Below, one piece after another: positions 9,031 through 18,183 of a stretch of DNA of 64,000 bases. Both the position numbers and the translations under genes were made by a program. The notes under the pieces were generated by a model. It was not told where the DNA came from. It was given only the letters and a program-made list of their open reading frames with translations, and did not search any database. Each line of letters begins with the position of its first letter. Position 1 is the stretch's first letter. This stretch comes from an uncultured Eubacteriales bacterium (GTDB lineage: Bacteria; Bacillota; Clostridia; Oscillospirales; Acutalibacteraceae): positions 3,000-66,999 of the forward strand of contig OMYO01000004.1 in NCBI GenBank assembly GCA_900315285.1, read 5' to 3'.

Positions 9031-9870
9031 TCAGCAGTTTCCCGGATAGACATATTTTAGTTTTTCCTTCGCCACATCCACGAGATGGTACACCGTCTCC
9101 ACCGCTGTGGGATTCCGGTCAATTTCTTTATAGGCCGGGAAGAAACGGGTAATGTGGAGGGGAATGTCCGCCACATATTTGTGACTCAGCGTCTCGATCC
9201 AGGCGGAGATCATCCGGATGGTGGCCTCATTGTCGCTCTGCCCCGGGACAACTAGCGTTGTAACCTCCACATGGCACTGTTGAACGGCCTGCTCAATGAA
9301 TTTAAGGACGATCTTGAGGTCGCCGCCCAAAGTTTTGTAATAGGTATAATTGTAACCTTTGAGATCTACGTTGACAGCATCCATGTAATGGAGCACCTCA
9401 TCCGTGACTTCTTTACATGCCGTTCCATTGGTGACGAGGACATTCTTCATGCCTGCCTCATGGACAAGTTTTGCCGTGTCCCGGACATATTCATAACTGA
9501 TCATGGGCTCATTGTAGGTGTAGGCAACGCCGATATTTCCCCGATCCTTTAGGGAAACAGCCAGTTCACAGAGCTCCTCGGGGCTGTAATCCTTCGTTAC
9601 AACATCATCGGAACATGCCGTCGATATCTGATAATTCTGGCAGAAGGGGCAGGAGAGGTTGCAGCCGAAGCTGCCCACAGAGAGGATCTTGCTGCCGGGG
9701 AAGAAGTTCCGAAGCGGTTTTTTCTCGATGGGATCAAGAGCGAGGCAGGTAAGTTTGCCATAGTTATCCGGAACCATTTTGCCATTCACCATACGGCGAC
9801 CGCGACATATTCCAAGACCGCCTTCCGGTGGCTGGCAGTGGCGGAAGCAGACAGGACATTTCTCAGACAT
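9031..9870 (-). CDS. AmmeMemoRadiSam system radical SAM enzyme
   Basis: CX3CX2C motif CNLSCPFC. N-terminal Cys cluster CPVCFRHC. Likely start is MSEKCPV at 9870, overlapping the upstream stop by 8 nt; the tracked ORF runs on to 9939. Confidence 0.8.
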   Translation of the reverse strand: MSEKCPVCFRHCQPPEGGLGICRGRRMVNGKMVPDNYGKLTCLALDPIEKKPLRNFFPGSKILSVGSFGCNLSCPFCQNYQISTACSDDVVTKDYSPEELCELAVSLKDRGNIGVAYTYNEPMISYEYVRDTAKLVHEAGMKNVLVTNGTACKEVTDEVLHYMDAVNVDLKGYNYTYYKTLGGDLKIVLKFIEQAVQQCHVEVTTLVVPGQSDNEATIRMISAWIETLSHKYVADIPLHITRFFPAYKEIDRNPTAVETVYHLVDVAKEKLKYVYPGNC

Positions 9871-11173
9871 GGCGGACCACCTCGAATCGTTCCATGGAAT
9901 ATTTCTGGCGCGGGCAGATGCCGGCCTTCTGCTTGGCAATGGATATCTGCTGTTTCACGCTTGTTACCCCTTCCAGGTTTGGGAGCAACAGTCCGCAGCG
10001 ATACCCGCTCCGTACAATGACTCCATATTTTTTCACATCCAGCTCGGACTCTGAGACGATGGGTTCCGGCTCTCCCAGGATATCGACACTGATTTCCAGG
10101 TCCTCCAGCTCATCCGGGGTGACCGGGGGAAACCGCGGGTCCCGTGTGGCTGCGCTTATGGCATTCTGTATGATTTCCCGGGCGATGCAGCTCTCGGTAG
10201 GACCAATTGTCCCAATACAGCCCCGGAGCTCCCCGTGCTCGTGGAGACTGACAAAGGCACCTGCCCTGTTGTGGAGCATTTCCTCCGGTAAATCTTCCGG
10301 GACAGAGGGAACAGTACGTTCTCTCACGAAAGATTCCACGGTCATTCTCGCCAGCTGTACATAGGGGTCTGGCTGTTGCACTTTATAGGTACATACGCCA
10401 TATCCAACACCCCAAGGACCCTCATGGCTCAATGCTCTGGATTCCACTGAACTGCCCTCCAACGCACCGGCCATAATGCAGAAAGAGCGGTGCCCGCACT
10501 CGGCGGCCTCGCGTAAGAACTTCTCCGGGAAAGAGAGGAGCTGCTCAAAGTTTCCCTGGCCCATGACATCCATTATCTTTTCATCATATTCCGGGCCAGA
10601 TGGACTGTAGCCATAATGGCTTGTTGCGTTGTATCGATGGGAGAGGTCGCCGCTGGCAATGAAAACAGCACGCCGACCTGTGCTCTGTACGGCCTGATCA
10701 ATAATCCGGCCAAATGTAAAGTGATCTTCGAGTGGAAGCCCCGAAAGGCCGACCCTAACCAGTTTGAAATCCGACAAAAACTGCCGTAGAAAATAGAGAG
10801 GGATCATTGTACCGTGGTCAAGCTGTGCATTCCCGCTGCCGAGAATACCCGCGGGAAAGTCTTCTTCTGCCGCAATATTGCAGATGGACTTCACCAGTTC
10901 TGTGTCGTAAGGGTAAGATATTTCCACCTGTGGAGCGCCAAACTCCGCGAAATTGCCGGAACCGGCATTTCCACCGGAGACACAGAAATAGTCGGAATAC
11001 CCCTCCGCGTGGGGAGAGGAGATAATAACGGTGTCCGGCTGCAGAGCGGCAGCCTCCTGCATAGCCTGTCGATAGGCGCCAATTGTCCTGGCAATGACAT
11101 TTTCTTCGCCCCGCCCGATCTCCGGAAGGATAATGGGCGGATGGGGTACCATAAAGGCACCGACAATTGGCAT
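9863..11173 (-). CDS. LigB/Memo-superfamily domain fused to AMMECR1 (AmmeMemoRadiSam protein A-type)
   Basis: N-terminal half has MPIVGAFMVPHPPII, SSPHAEG, LDHGTMIPL and SGDLSHR, the extradiol class III / Memo-like pattern. C-terminal half has the AMMECR1 signature GELRGCIGTIGP. The ATG at 11173 is preceded by GGGAGGTG. Confidence 0.8.
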   Translation of the reverse strand: MPIVGAFMVPHPPIILPEIGRGEENVIARTIGAYRQAMQEAAALQPDTVIISSPHAEGYSDYFCVSGGNAGSGNFAEFGAPQVEISYPYDTELVKSICNIAAEEDFPAGILGSGNAQLDHGTMIPLYFLRQFLSDFKLVRVGLSGLPLEDHFTFGRIIDQAVQSTGRRAVFIASGDLSHRYNATSHYGYSPSGPEYDEKIMDVMGQGNFEQLLSFPEKFLREAAECGHRSFCIMAGALEGSSVESRALSHEGPWGVGYGVCTYKVQQPDPYVQLARMTVESFVRERTVPSVPEDLPEEMLHNRAGAFVSLHEHGELRGCIGTIGPTESCIAREIIQNAISAATRDPRFPPVTPDELEDLEISVDILGEPEPIVSESELDVKKYGVIVRSGYRCGLLLPNLEGVTSVKQQISIAKQKAGICPRQKYSMERFEVVRHV

Positions 11174-11286
11174 AACACGACACCTCCCACGCAATCTTGT
11201 CTTATATTATAATCTTTAATTCCGGGTTTTCGTAGATTCTGACGAAAAAAATTAAAATAGCTATATTGGATTGTGGGAAATGATAC

Positions 11287-11320
11287 CAAAAAGCACCCGT
11301 CTCCAAGGGGAAACGGGTGC
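11287..11320 (-). terminator. Intrinsic terminator after the degV-family gene
   Basis: Minus strand: gcacccgtttcc / ggagacgggtgc stem followed by ttttt. Confidence 0.8.
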
Positions 11321-11343
11321 CAGCATGTCAATACTGACTCATT

Positions 11344-12234
11344 TTATTTTTCAACGGGATAGGGTTCCCGTTCATCGCCCAGGAAAAATACCGCGACTGT
11401 TCCGGGACCGCAGTGGGAGGCAATGATTGTTCCAATGTCGAAGATCTCGACGTCCCGGATATTCGGGAAATTAGCCTTCAGAGAGGCCTTAAGAAGATTT
11501 GCCTCATCAATACAGTTCGAGTGACAAATATAGCACTTGCCGGAATAGTTCTCTCCATCCATGGCATGTTTCTTCATCTGGTCCACCGTGCGGGCAATGG
11601 CACGCTTTTTGCCGCGCACTTTGTCATAGGCAATGATTTGGCCCTTATCGTTGAGGCGCATAATGGGACAAATATTGAGAACGGCGCCGAGCATGGCGAC
11701 TGGACCCGACATTCTTCCGCTCTTGCGATAGAACTTGAGATCCGTGGAGTAGAACTGGTGATGGATGTTCTTCTTATGCGCTTCCACCCAATCTGCAATC
11801 TCCTCAATGGACTTCCCCTCATCCCGCATATCTGCCGCGTAGTCCACAAGCATTCCATATCCTGAGGAACTGCAGGTGGAGTCGATGACGATGATTTTAC
11901 GGTTCGGATACTCCTCGCGAAGCTGGTCGGCAGCTAGGAAAGCATTATTTACGGATGCCGTCATACCGGTACCGAATGCAATATGGAGAACATCGTCCTT
12001 TTCCACAAGCTCTTTGAGGAAATCGTAGTACTGGGCCATGTTTATCTGAGAGGTGGAGGGAATTTTTCCCTGGTCGAGGAATCCATAAAACTGGGGAAGC
12101 AGTTCCGGATCCCGACCCATGTCATCCGGGTAGGTCTTGCCGTCCACGGTGTAGGAGTAGAACAGGACTGGAATATTTCGATTGCTGACCCGGCTGTAGG
12201 GCTCATCGACGGTGGATTCACAGGAGATAATCAT
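11344..12234 (-). CDS. DegV family fatty-acid-binding protein
   Basis: Full-length DegV-like sequence (IISCESTVD.., STCSSSGYG, IASHCGPGTVAVFF). Start chosen at MIISCES (12234) with an AGAGGA RBS; the tracked ORF extends to 12312. Confidence 0.85.
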   Translation of the reverse strand: MIISCESTVDEPYSRVSNRNIPVLFYSYTVDGKTYPDDMGRDPELLPQFYGFLDQGKIPSTSQINMAQYYDFLKELVEKDDVLHIAFGTGMTASVNNAFLAADQLREEYPNRKIIVIDSTCSSSGYGMLVDYAADMRDEGKSIEEIADWVEAHKKNIHHQFYSTDLKFYRKSGRMSGPVAMLGAVLNICPIMRLNDKGQIIAYDKVRGKKRAIARTVDQMKKHAMDGENYSGKCYICHSNCIDEANLLKASLKANFPNIRDVEIFDIGTIIASHCGPGTVAVFFLGDEREPYPVEK

Positions 12235-12395
12235 AAATAACACGTCCTCTTTGGATAATAATGATATAAAATCATATCCATGGAGGACGCAAATGCAACG
12301 ACACTTTTTCAAAAATTATACAGTTGACAAATTTTGTGTTAGAAAATAGACAATATATTACATTACGCTCGCTAATTTTCTCATACTCTTATTAT

Positions 12396-12424
12396 TTGAC
12401 AAGACCCTGCCGGAACGCTACAAT
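12396..12424 (+). promoter_or_regulatory. Sigma-A type promoter, TTGACA-17-TACAAT
   Basis: TTGACA at 12396-12401, 17-nt spacer, TACAAT at 12419-12424. Lies about 120 nt upstream of the MATE gene. Confidence 0.6.
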
Positions 12425-12478
12425 GAGACCGTTCATCGGAGGGAAAACTATTCCGCAATAGCGACAAAGAAGTAGTTT

Positions 12479-12528
12479 AGCCGGATAAGATGGCAGGTTG
12501 AAACGCCTGCGTCTTATCCGGCTTTTTG
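12479..12528 (+). terminator. Leader terminator (attenuator) between the promoter and the MATE start codon
   Basis: agccggataaga..ggcagg / cctgc..tcttatccggct hairpin followed by TTTTT, 17 nt before the ATG at 12545. Confidence 0.65.
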
Positions 12529-12544
12529 TGAAAGAGGGGAAAGC

Positions 12545-13906
12545 ATGGAAAAAAACGGCGTTTTCACAGAGGGACCCATTTTTCGGAAACTGGTGTGGTT
12601 TGCCTTTCCCGTTCTGCTAGCCCTATTGCTTCAAGCACTATACGGTGCAGCGGACCTCTGGGTGGTGGGGAGATTTGCCACATCGGCCGATGTCTCCGCC
12701 GTCTCCACAGGCTCCCAGTTTATGCAGACCCTGACAAGCCTGATCACCAGCTTTTCCATGGGCACCACCGTCCTTCTCGGCCGACAGATTGGGGAGGGGA
12801 ATGAAAAAAAATCCGGAGAGACAATAGGGACCAGTATTATTCTCTTTAGCGGTCTCGCACTTCTTCTCATGCTGCTATTTGGCATTCTTGCCGGTCCTAT
12901 CAGCAAAATGATGAATGCACCCGCAGAGGCATATCGTGCGACCACCTCTTACCTTCGGATCTGCGGACTCGGCTCCATCGTCATAGTGGCCTATAACCTG
13001 ATTGGCGCGGTATTTCGAGGAATCGGGGACTCCAGAACGCCCCTGATCACAGTCGCCATTGCCGCTGTCATCAACATTGCGGGCGATTTACTTCTCGTTG
13101 GTAAATTCCACATGGGTGCCAAGGGAGCCGCCTATGCCACAGTATTTTCCCAGCTCATCAGCGTCATCATTTCTCTTCTGATCATTCGAAAAAAAGACCT
13201 TCCCTTCCAATTCAAACGGGAAGATCTCCATTTTCAGGGTAGAACAGCCAAACAGATTACCGTTTTGGGTCTCCCCATTGCTATTCAGGACTTCATGGTC
13301 AGTCTCTCGTTCCTGATCATCCTTGCAATTGTCAATTCCCTTGGTGTGACCGCATCCGCCGGTGTTGGAGTGGCAGAAAAAGTCTGTGCTTTCATAATGC
13401 TTGTCCCAATCTCCATCATGGATTCCATGTCCGCCTTTGTTGCACAGAATTTTGGGGCAAAGAAGCCGGAGCGGGCCAAAAAAGCGCTGTATGATTCCAT
13501 CCTGCTGTCCTTATTTATTGGAATCTTTATGGGATATGTGGCTTTCTATCACGGTGATATCCTCGCAGGCATTTTCACATCCGTTCCAACTGTCGTAGAC
13601 GCAGCTGCCTCTTACCTGAAGGCATATGCCATTGACTGCATTCTCGTATCTTTCCTGTTTAGTTTTGTTGGATTCTATAATGGCCTGGGCATGACAAGTT
13701 TTGTCATGGTCCAAGGGATCGTCGGAGCAATTGGAATCCGTGTTCCGGTAGCGTTTCTTATGAGCCGTTTAGAGCCAGTCTCTCTTTTCCATATCGGACT
13801 TGCCAGCCCTGCCTCCACCGCGGTGCAGATCCTGCTCTGTTTTGGAGCCCTGATCTATGTCAACAGGAAAAACCGAAAAGGCAGCAATGTAGCATCTTTG
13901 CAATAA
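12545..13906 (+). CDS. MATE family efflux transporter
   Basis: 453 aa, about 12 TM. MATE-type N-terminus FRKLVWFAFPVLLALLLQALYGAADLWVVGRF. Internal two-fold repeat architecture. Confidence 0.85.
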   Translation: MEKNGVFTEGPIFRKLVWFAFPVLLALLLQALYGAADLWVVGRFATSADVSAVSTGSQFMQTLTSLITSFSMGTTVLLGRQIGEGNEKKSGETIGTSIILFSGLALLLMLLFGILAGPISKMMNAPAEAYRATTSYLRICGLGSIVIVAYNLIGAVFRGIGDSRTPLITVAIAAVINIAGDLLLVGKFHMGAKGAAYATVFSQLISVIISLLIIRKKDLPFQFKREDLHFQGRTAKQITVLGLPIAIQDFMVSLSFLIILAIVNSLGVTASAGVGVAEKVCAFIMLVPISIMDSMSAFVAQNFGAKKPERAKKALYDSILLSLFIGIFMGYVAFYHGDILAGIFTSVPTVVDAAASYLKAYAIDCILVSFLFSFVGFYNGLGMTSFVMVQGIVGAIGIRVPVAFLMSRLEPVSLFHIGLASPASTAVQILLCFGALIYVNRKNRKGSNVASLQ

Positions 13907-14006
13907 GTCGAATTCTTCCGCTTATTGACGAAATATCTCCTATTGACCTATTTTGGTATATGGGGTTCGCAGAAGCTAACTCTGTATTGAAGAAAGGGGT
14001 TTCATC

Positions 14007-15233
14007 ATGAGAAGAAGACGTCTATTTTCCTTGGTTCTGGGACTGGTGTTTGCACTGATGTGCACTGCATCGGCAGCTGTCTCCGGATTTGCAGCAAGTT
14101 CGCAGTTTGCATCCGGCACAGGCACCAAAAATAATCCCTGGCACATCCGTACTGCGGCGCAGCTGAACAATGTGCGAAAACATCTGGATGGAAATTTTGT
14201 GTTGGATAAAGACATTGATCTGAAAAATTATAAGAATTTCCAGCCCATCGGAACATTCCAGCCCGCCGCCAAAGATGAAGAGCAGGCCAATCCCAAAGCC
14301 GCTTTTACGGGAACTTTTGATGGAAATAATCATACGATAAAGAACCTGACCATTAAGAAGGGCGGAGATGTCAAGGGCGTCGGCCTCTTTGGCGCATCCG
14401 CCGGCAACGCAAAGATCCGTGACCTCAACGTCCGGGATGCCAATGTGACTGGCGGTTTCGGAACCGGTGCCATTGTCGGATATGCATCCGAGAACTCTGT
14501 CCTTGATGGTCTGAAACTTGTGGGCAAAAATACGGTCTCTGCCAGCACCATGGTCGGCGGCATTACCGGAGCTGCTAATAACAAGCTTGTCCGTAACTGC
14601 ACGGCAGTTGCTGATGTTTATCTTACAGGAGATAACAGCATTTTCTCCCAGTGCGCCGGTGTCCTCATGGGCGGCGATGAAGGGGCCAATATGGAAAACT
14701 GCCATGCCCTCGGCGGCACGGTTACCTCGACAGGCAAAGTTGTCAATGGCAACGGGATCAACGGTCTCGGCGGTCTTGCCGGCTGTGTCATGAGCACCGA
14801 GCATATGCTTCGCTGCACCGCGAAGAATATCACGATCCGCTCCGGCGAAAAAGCCATGCTCATCGGCGGATTGGCTGGATTCTCTGGAAACGGTGACGTA
14901 AAGGGTAAACCCACCCTGATCAAGGACTGCATCGTGGACAATGTCAAAATCATCGTCCCGGAGAGCGCGGAGCGAATCGGCGGCATCGTCGGAGGCGGTT
15001 TTTATGTGGCTCAGTACAAACAGTACTACCAAGAGCCCATCGCGCTGCGCGTTGAAAACTGCTATGCCACTTGCAGTGTAACCGGAGGAAAAATCGTTGG
15101 TTCCGTGGCCGGTTATATTGGATCCGGCTCCTCTGTGACCCGCAGCATGGGCGCAGTCACCCATAATGGTCGTCTGCTGACCAACACCGTCGGTGGAACA
15201 ACCAAGACTATTCCAATTGAACAGATAGGCTAA
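14007..15233 (+). CDS. Secreted GLUG-motif repeat protein
   Basis: Signal peptide ends ..CTASA/AV. Repeated G-[GL]-[ILF]-[AVT]-G motifs: GVGLFGAS, GAIVGYAS, VGGITGAA, LGGLAGCV, IGGLAGFS, IGGIVGGG, VGSVAGYI. No C-terminal anchor. Confidence 0.7.
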   Translation: MRRRRLFSLVLGLVFALMCTASAAVSGFAASSQFASGTGTKNNPWHIRTAAQLNNVRKHLDGNFVLDKDIDLKNYKNFQPIGTFQPAAKDEEQANPKAAFTGTFDGNNHTIKNLTIKKGGDVKGVGLFGASAGNAKIRDLNVRDANVTGGFGTGAIVGYASENSVLDGLKLVGKNTVSASTMVGGITGAANNKLVRNCTAVADVYLTGDNSIFSQCAGVLMGGDEGANMENCHALGGTVTSTGKVVNGNGINGLGGLAGCVMSTEHMLRCTAKNITIRSGEKAMLIGGLAGFSGNGDVKGKPTLIKDCIVDNVKIIVPESAERIGGIVGGGFYVAQYKQYYQEPIALRVENCYATCSVTGGKIVGSVAGYIGSGSSVTRSMGAVTHNGRLLTNTVGGTTKTIPIEQIG

Positions 15234-15247
15234 TTGCCACAAAATTT

Positions 15248-15280
15248 AAGACGGCCAGCGGTTTCGCTGACCGTCTTTTC
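15248..15280. terminator. Bidirectional terminator between convergent genes
   Basis: aagacggccagcg / cgctgaccgtctt stem followed by tttc; an A-run on the other side. Confidence 0.75.
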
Positions 15281-16012
15281 TCATTTCTTTAGTTCTGCTT
15301 GAAAGGCCGGTTTTTCCTCGCTTCCAAATATTCCGATGGAGTAGGTGCCGGATTCCGGGGAGTAGGAGGAACGGACGAAAGGTGAATCGCCCAATTTCAG
15401 GGGATTATGGTAGACCATTGCGACGTCATGGATGGCGTTGTTCTCATAGTCTTCCTGACTCAGCGCCTCCATGGCAAAGTTCAGATAGTAGGTGTTATGG
15501 ACATGGCCATTGTAGTCAGTGTCACTACGGCGGAGAAGAACAGGCTGTTCCCGCTCCAGGGTTTCCGGCAGACGAACGCGGGGCAGGCGTCGCTTCCACA
15601 GATGCCGTTCCTCCGGTTCGTACAGGGCAAAGAGCTCCTCGGACATTTTGATGGTGCTCTGTTTTCCCCAGTCATAGATACCCATGGATCCATCCGCAAG
15701 AACCACCTCATTGCCGTCGGCGTCGGTGAGAGAGAAGCAGCGGTTCATGATGAGCGACCCATTCCGCTCCAATGCGATCCAGGTATTTACCGTGATCGGC
15801 TCGCCATACTTTGGGTAACGCTCGACATGGATGCGCCACCCGGCAAGGATCCAGGCGATGCCCTGTTCCATCTGTCGGTCCAGCGTGTCACCCACCGCAA
15901 CTGAATGATCGGCAGCCGCTTGTTCAAACTGGTAGAGCATGGCACGTAGCATCAGTTCGCCATCCTTATTGTAGTCGTTGTACTGAAATCTGCATTCTTC
16001 GGAAAATATCAT
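15281..16012 (-). CDS. Acyl-ACP thioesterase
   Basis: 243 aa. GGAGGAA RBS. Double hot-dog pattern typical of FatA/B-like bacterial thioesterases (..YNDYNKDGELMLRAMLYQFEQAA.., ..SDTDYNGHVHNTYYLNF..). Confidence 0.75.
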   Translation of the reverse strand: MIFSEECRFQYNDYNKDGELMLRAMLYQFEQAAADHSVAVGDTLDRQMEQGIAWILAGWRIHVERYPKYGEPITVNTWIALERNGSLIMNRCFSLTDADGNEVVLADGSMGIYDWGKQSTIKMSEELFALYEPEERHLWKRRLPRVRLPETLEREQPVLLRRSDTDYNGHVHNTYYLNFAMEALSQEDYENNAIHDVAMVYHNPLKLGDSPFVRSSYSPESGTYSIGIFGSEEKPAFQAELKK

Positions 16013-16140
16013 GGTTCTGTTCCTCCGTTAATTCAAAAACAGTATCAGTATACCATATTTCCCTTGGGCGATTTACGCCATGATTTGAAAACTTAACTCC
16101 CATATAGTAAAATAAGACAGTTCTAGAAGGAGACGAGGGA

Positions 16141-18183
16141 ATGGCGCGAAAGTACTGGAATGTCGGAAAAATGAATAAAGATCTGGCATCCCGGATCGCG
16201 GACCAATACCGCATTGCCCCGTTTTCTGCATTGCTGCTCTGCGGCCGGGGAATTGACACCGCTGAGAAGCTGGATCGTTTCTTCTCTCCCCGTGAGGAAC
16301 TGGAAGACCCGTTTGCTCTTCCGGATATGCAAGTGGCCATTGACCGTATCAATGAGGCCATCTTTGGGGGAGAGCATATCTGCGTTTTTGGAGACTATGA
16401 CTGTGACGGTGTAACTGCCACGGCCATACTCTATTCCTATCTGGAGGCCCAGGGCGCTGAGGTCTCCTATCTTCTCCCGAATCGTCTGACCGAGGGTTAT
16501 GGCCTCAGTATGCAGGCCATTGAGACCATGCATGAGCGCGGAACGCAGCTCATCATCACAGTGGATAATGGAATTGCCGCTGTGGAAGAGGCTCGCCGGG
16601 CAAAAGAATTCGGCATGGACCTCATCATCACCGACCATCATCTGGAAGGGGAGGAGAGACCCGAAGCTCTCGCCATTGTAGACGCCCACCGGAAGGACGC
16701 CAACTGTCCTTTCGACGACTACTGCGGAGCGGGAGTCGCTCTGCAGATCTGCTGCGCTCTGGAGGGCAACTCCAGCAGAGTTCTGGAAGACCTGGGGGAC
16801 CTGGCTGCTATAGGTACTGTGGCGGATATGGTTCCGCTCCGTGGAGATAACCGAAAAATCGTCCAGTTTGGGCTCCGGCTCATAAACGAGCAGCCGCGTC
16901 CCGGTATTCAGGCCCTGCTTGCCCAGGCATACCGGGGAGAGCGTTCCATCAGTTCCACTGAGATTGCCTTTGGCATTGCCCCGCGAATCAACGCCTCCGG
17001 GCGGATGGAGACCCCGGAATATGCTCTAGAGCTTCTCATGTCAGAGGACCCGGAACAAGCGGCAGAGCTGGCAGAGAGAATCGAATCCTTAAATATGGAC
17101 CGTCATACAGAGGAGGATCGGATCTTCAAGGCCGCCTCCCTGTGGCTCTCTCAGCATCCACGGGAAGCACATATGCCGGTTCTGGTCGTTGCCGGAGAGG
17201 GCTGGCATGAGGGCGTTCTCGGAATCGTCGCCTCAAAGATAGTAGAAAAATATTTACGCCCAGTCATAGTGCTGAGTATCCAAGGGGAGAAGGCCAAGGG
17301 CTCTGCACGCAGTATACCCGGATTCTCTATCTATGACGCCATCAGCAGCTCCGCAGAGTTTCTCAGTGGATTTGGCGGCCATGAGCTGGCTGCTGGCCTG
17401 AGCCTGCCTTCTGAAAACATTGACAAATTCCGGGAGAGTATCAACGACTATGCTCTGGGACAACCCAGAGTCTACCCGCAGACTTCCATTGACATCCGGC
17501 TGCGGCCGGAAGGCATCAATATGGGGCTGCTCTCAGAAATCGAGATCTTAGAACCATTCGGCATGTCCAATGAGAGTCCAGTCTTTGGACTATTCAATAT
17601 GGAAATCGACAATGTTGAGAGCATGGGGGAGGAGAATAACCACCGACGCCTCGTCTTGCACCGAGCCGGTGGAAACACCCGGGTCACAGCAGTCTGTTTC
17701 CGAGTCCCGGATTTCCCATGGAGACGGGGTGACAAGGTGGATACCATTGTCACGCTGCATCGCAATTTCTATAACGGAAGGGAAAGTATCTCCATATTTA
17801 TTGAGGATATCCGCCCGGCAGGCACCCACGACGACGCCATGTCCCAAAGTGAGATTCTCTATGACCGGCTTCTCTCCGGCCAGTCCCTCACCCCGGAGGA
17901 GGCAGAGGAGGCAAGGCCAGACCGGTCACAGTTTGCGGCCGTTTATCAATATTTAAAACGCAATGGGCCGCTGTCCAGCCGCAGTTATGAATATCTGAAT
18001 TATCGGACCGGAAACGGTCCTCTCATAAAGACCATGGTCATTTTGGAGGCCATGAGGGAACTGGGACTACTCGTCATCCGAAAAGACGGCTTCCTGGAAC
18101 TTCCCCGAATGGAGAACAAAGTTGACCTAAATGAAGCTCCTATCCTGCAGGAGCTGGACAAATATCGCAAGGAAAGAAGGTGA
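16141..18183 (+). CDS. recJ: Single-stranded-DNA-specific exonuclease RecJ
   Basis: DHH-family motifs FGDYDCDGV, ITVDNG and IITDHH. 680 aa. Confidence 0.9.
   Translation: MARKYWNVGKMNKDLASRIADQYRIAPFSALLLCGRGIDTAEKLDRFFSPREELEDPFALPDMQVAIDRINEAIFGGEHICVFGDYDCDGVTATAILYSYLEAQGAEVSYLLPNRLTEGYGLSMQAIETMHERGTQLIITVDNGIAAVEEARRAKEFGMDLIITDHHLEGEERPEALAIVDAHRKDANCPFDDYCGAGVALQICCALEGNSSRVLEDLGDLAAIGTVADMVPLRGDNRKIVQFGLRLINEQPRPGIQALLAQAYRGERSISSTEIAFGIAPRINASGRMETPEYALELLMSEDPEQAAELAERIESLNMDRHTEEDRIFKAASLWLSQHPREAHMPVLVVAGEGWHEGVLGIVASKIVEKYLRPVIVLSIQGEKAKGSARSIPGFSIYDAISSSAEFLSGFGGHELAAGLSLPSENIDKFRESINDYALGQPRVYPQTSIDIRLRPEGINMGLLSEIEILEPFGMSNESPVFGLFNMEIDNVESMGEENNHRRLVLHRAGGNTRVTAVCFRVPDFPWRRGDKVDTIVTLHRNFYNGRESISIFIEDIRPAGTHDDAMSQSEILYDRLLSGQSLTPEEAEEARPDRSQFAAVYQYLKRNGPLSSRSYEYLNYRTGNGPLIKTMVILEAMRELGLLVIRKDGFLELPRMENKVDLNEAPILQELDKYRKERR

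Noticed and set aside
9871-9939. Longer N-terminal extensions offered by the ORF track: 9939 (radical SAM), 11194 (AMMECR1 fusion), 12312 (DegV), 20959 (MBL), 29275 (RadA), 45061 (AtpI), 49341 (Asd), 62093 (membrane protein)
   Set aside because: In each case an internal start is preceded by a good Shine-Dalgarno sequence and matches the usual family N-terminus. The extension overlaps the upstream gene or a promoter.
14022-15242. 406-aa minus-strand ORF mirroring almost the whole GLUG gene
   Set aside because: It has no RBS, signal or recognisable motif. It is the antisense of a Gly-rich (GGN) coding region, and the plus-strand product has a signal peptide, repeats and an RBS. Shadow ORF.
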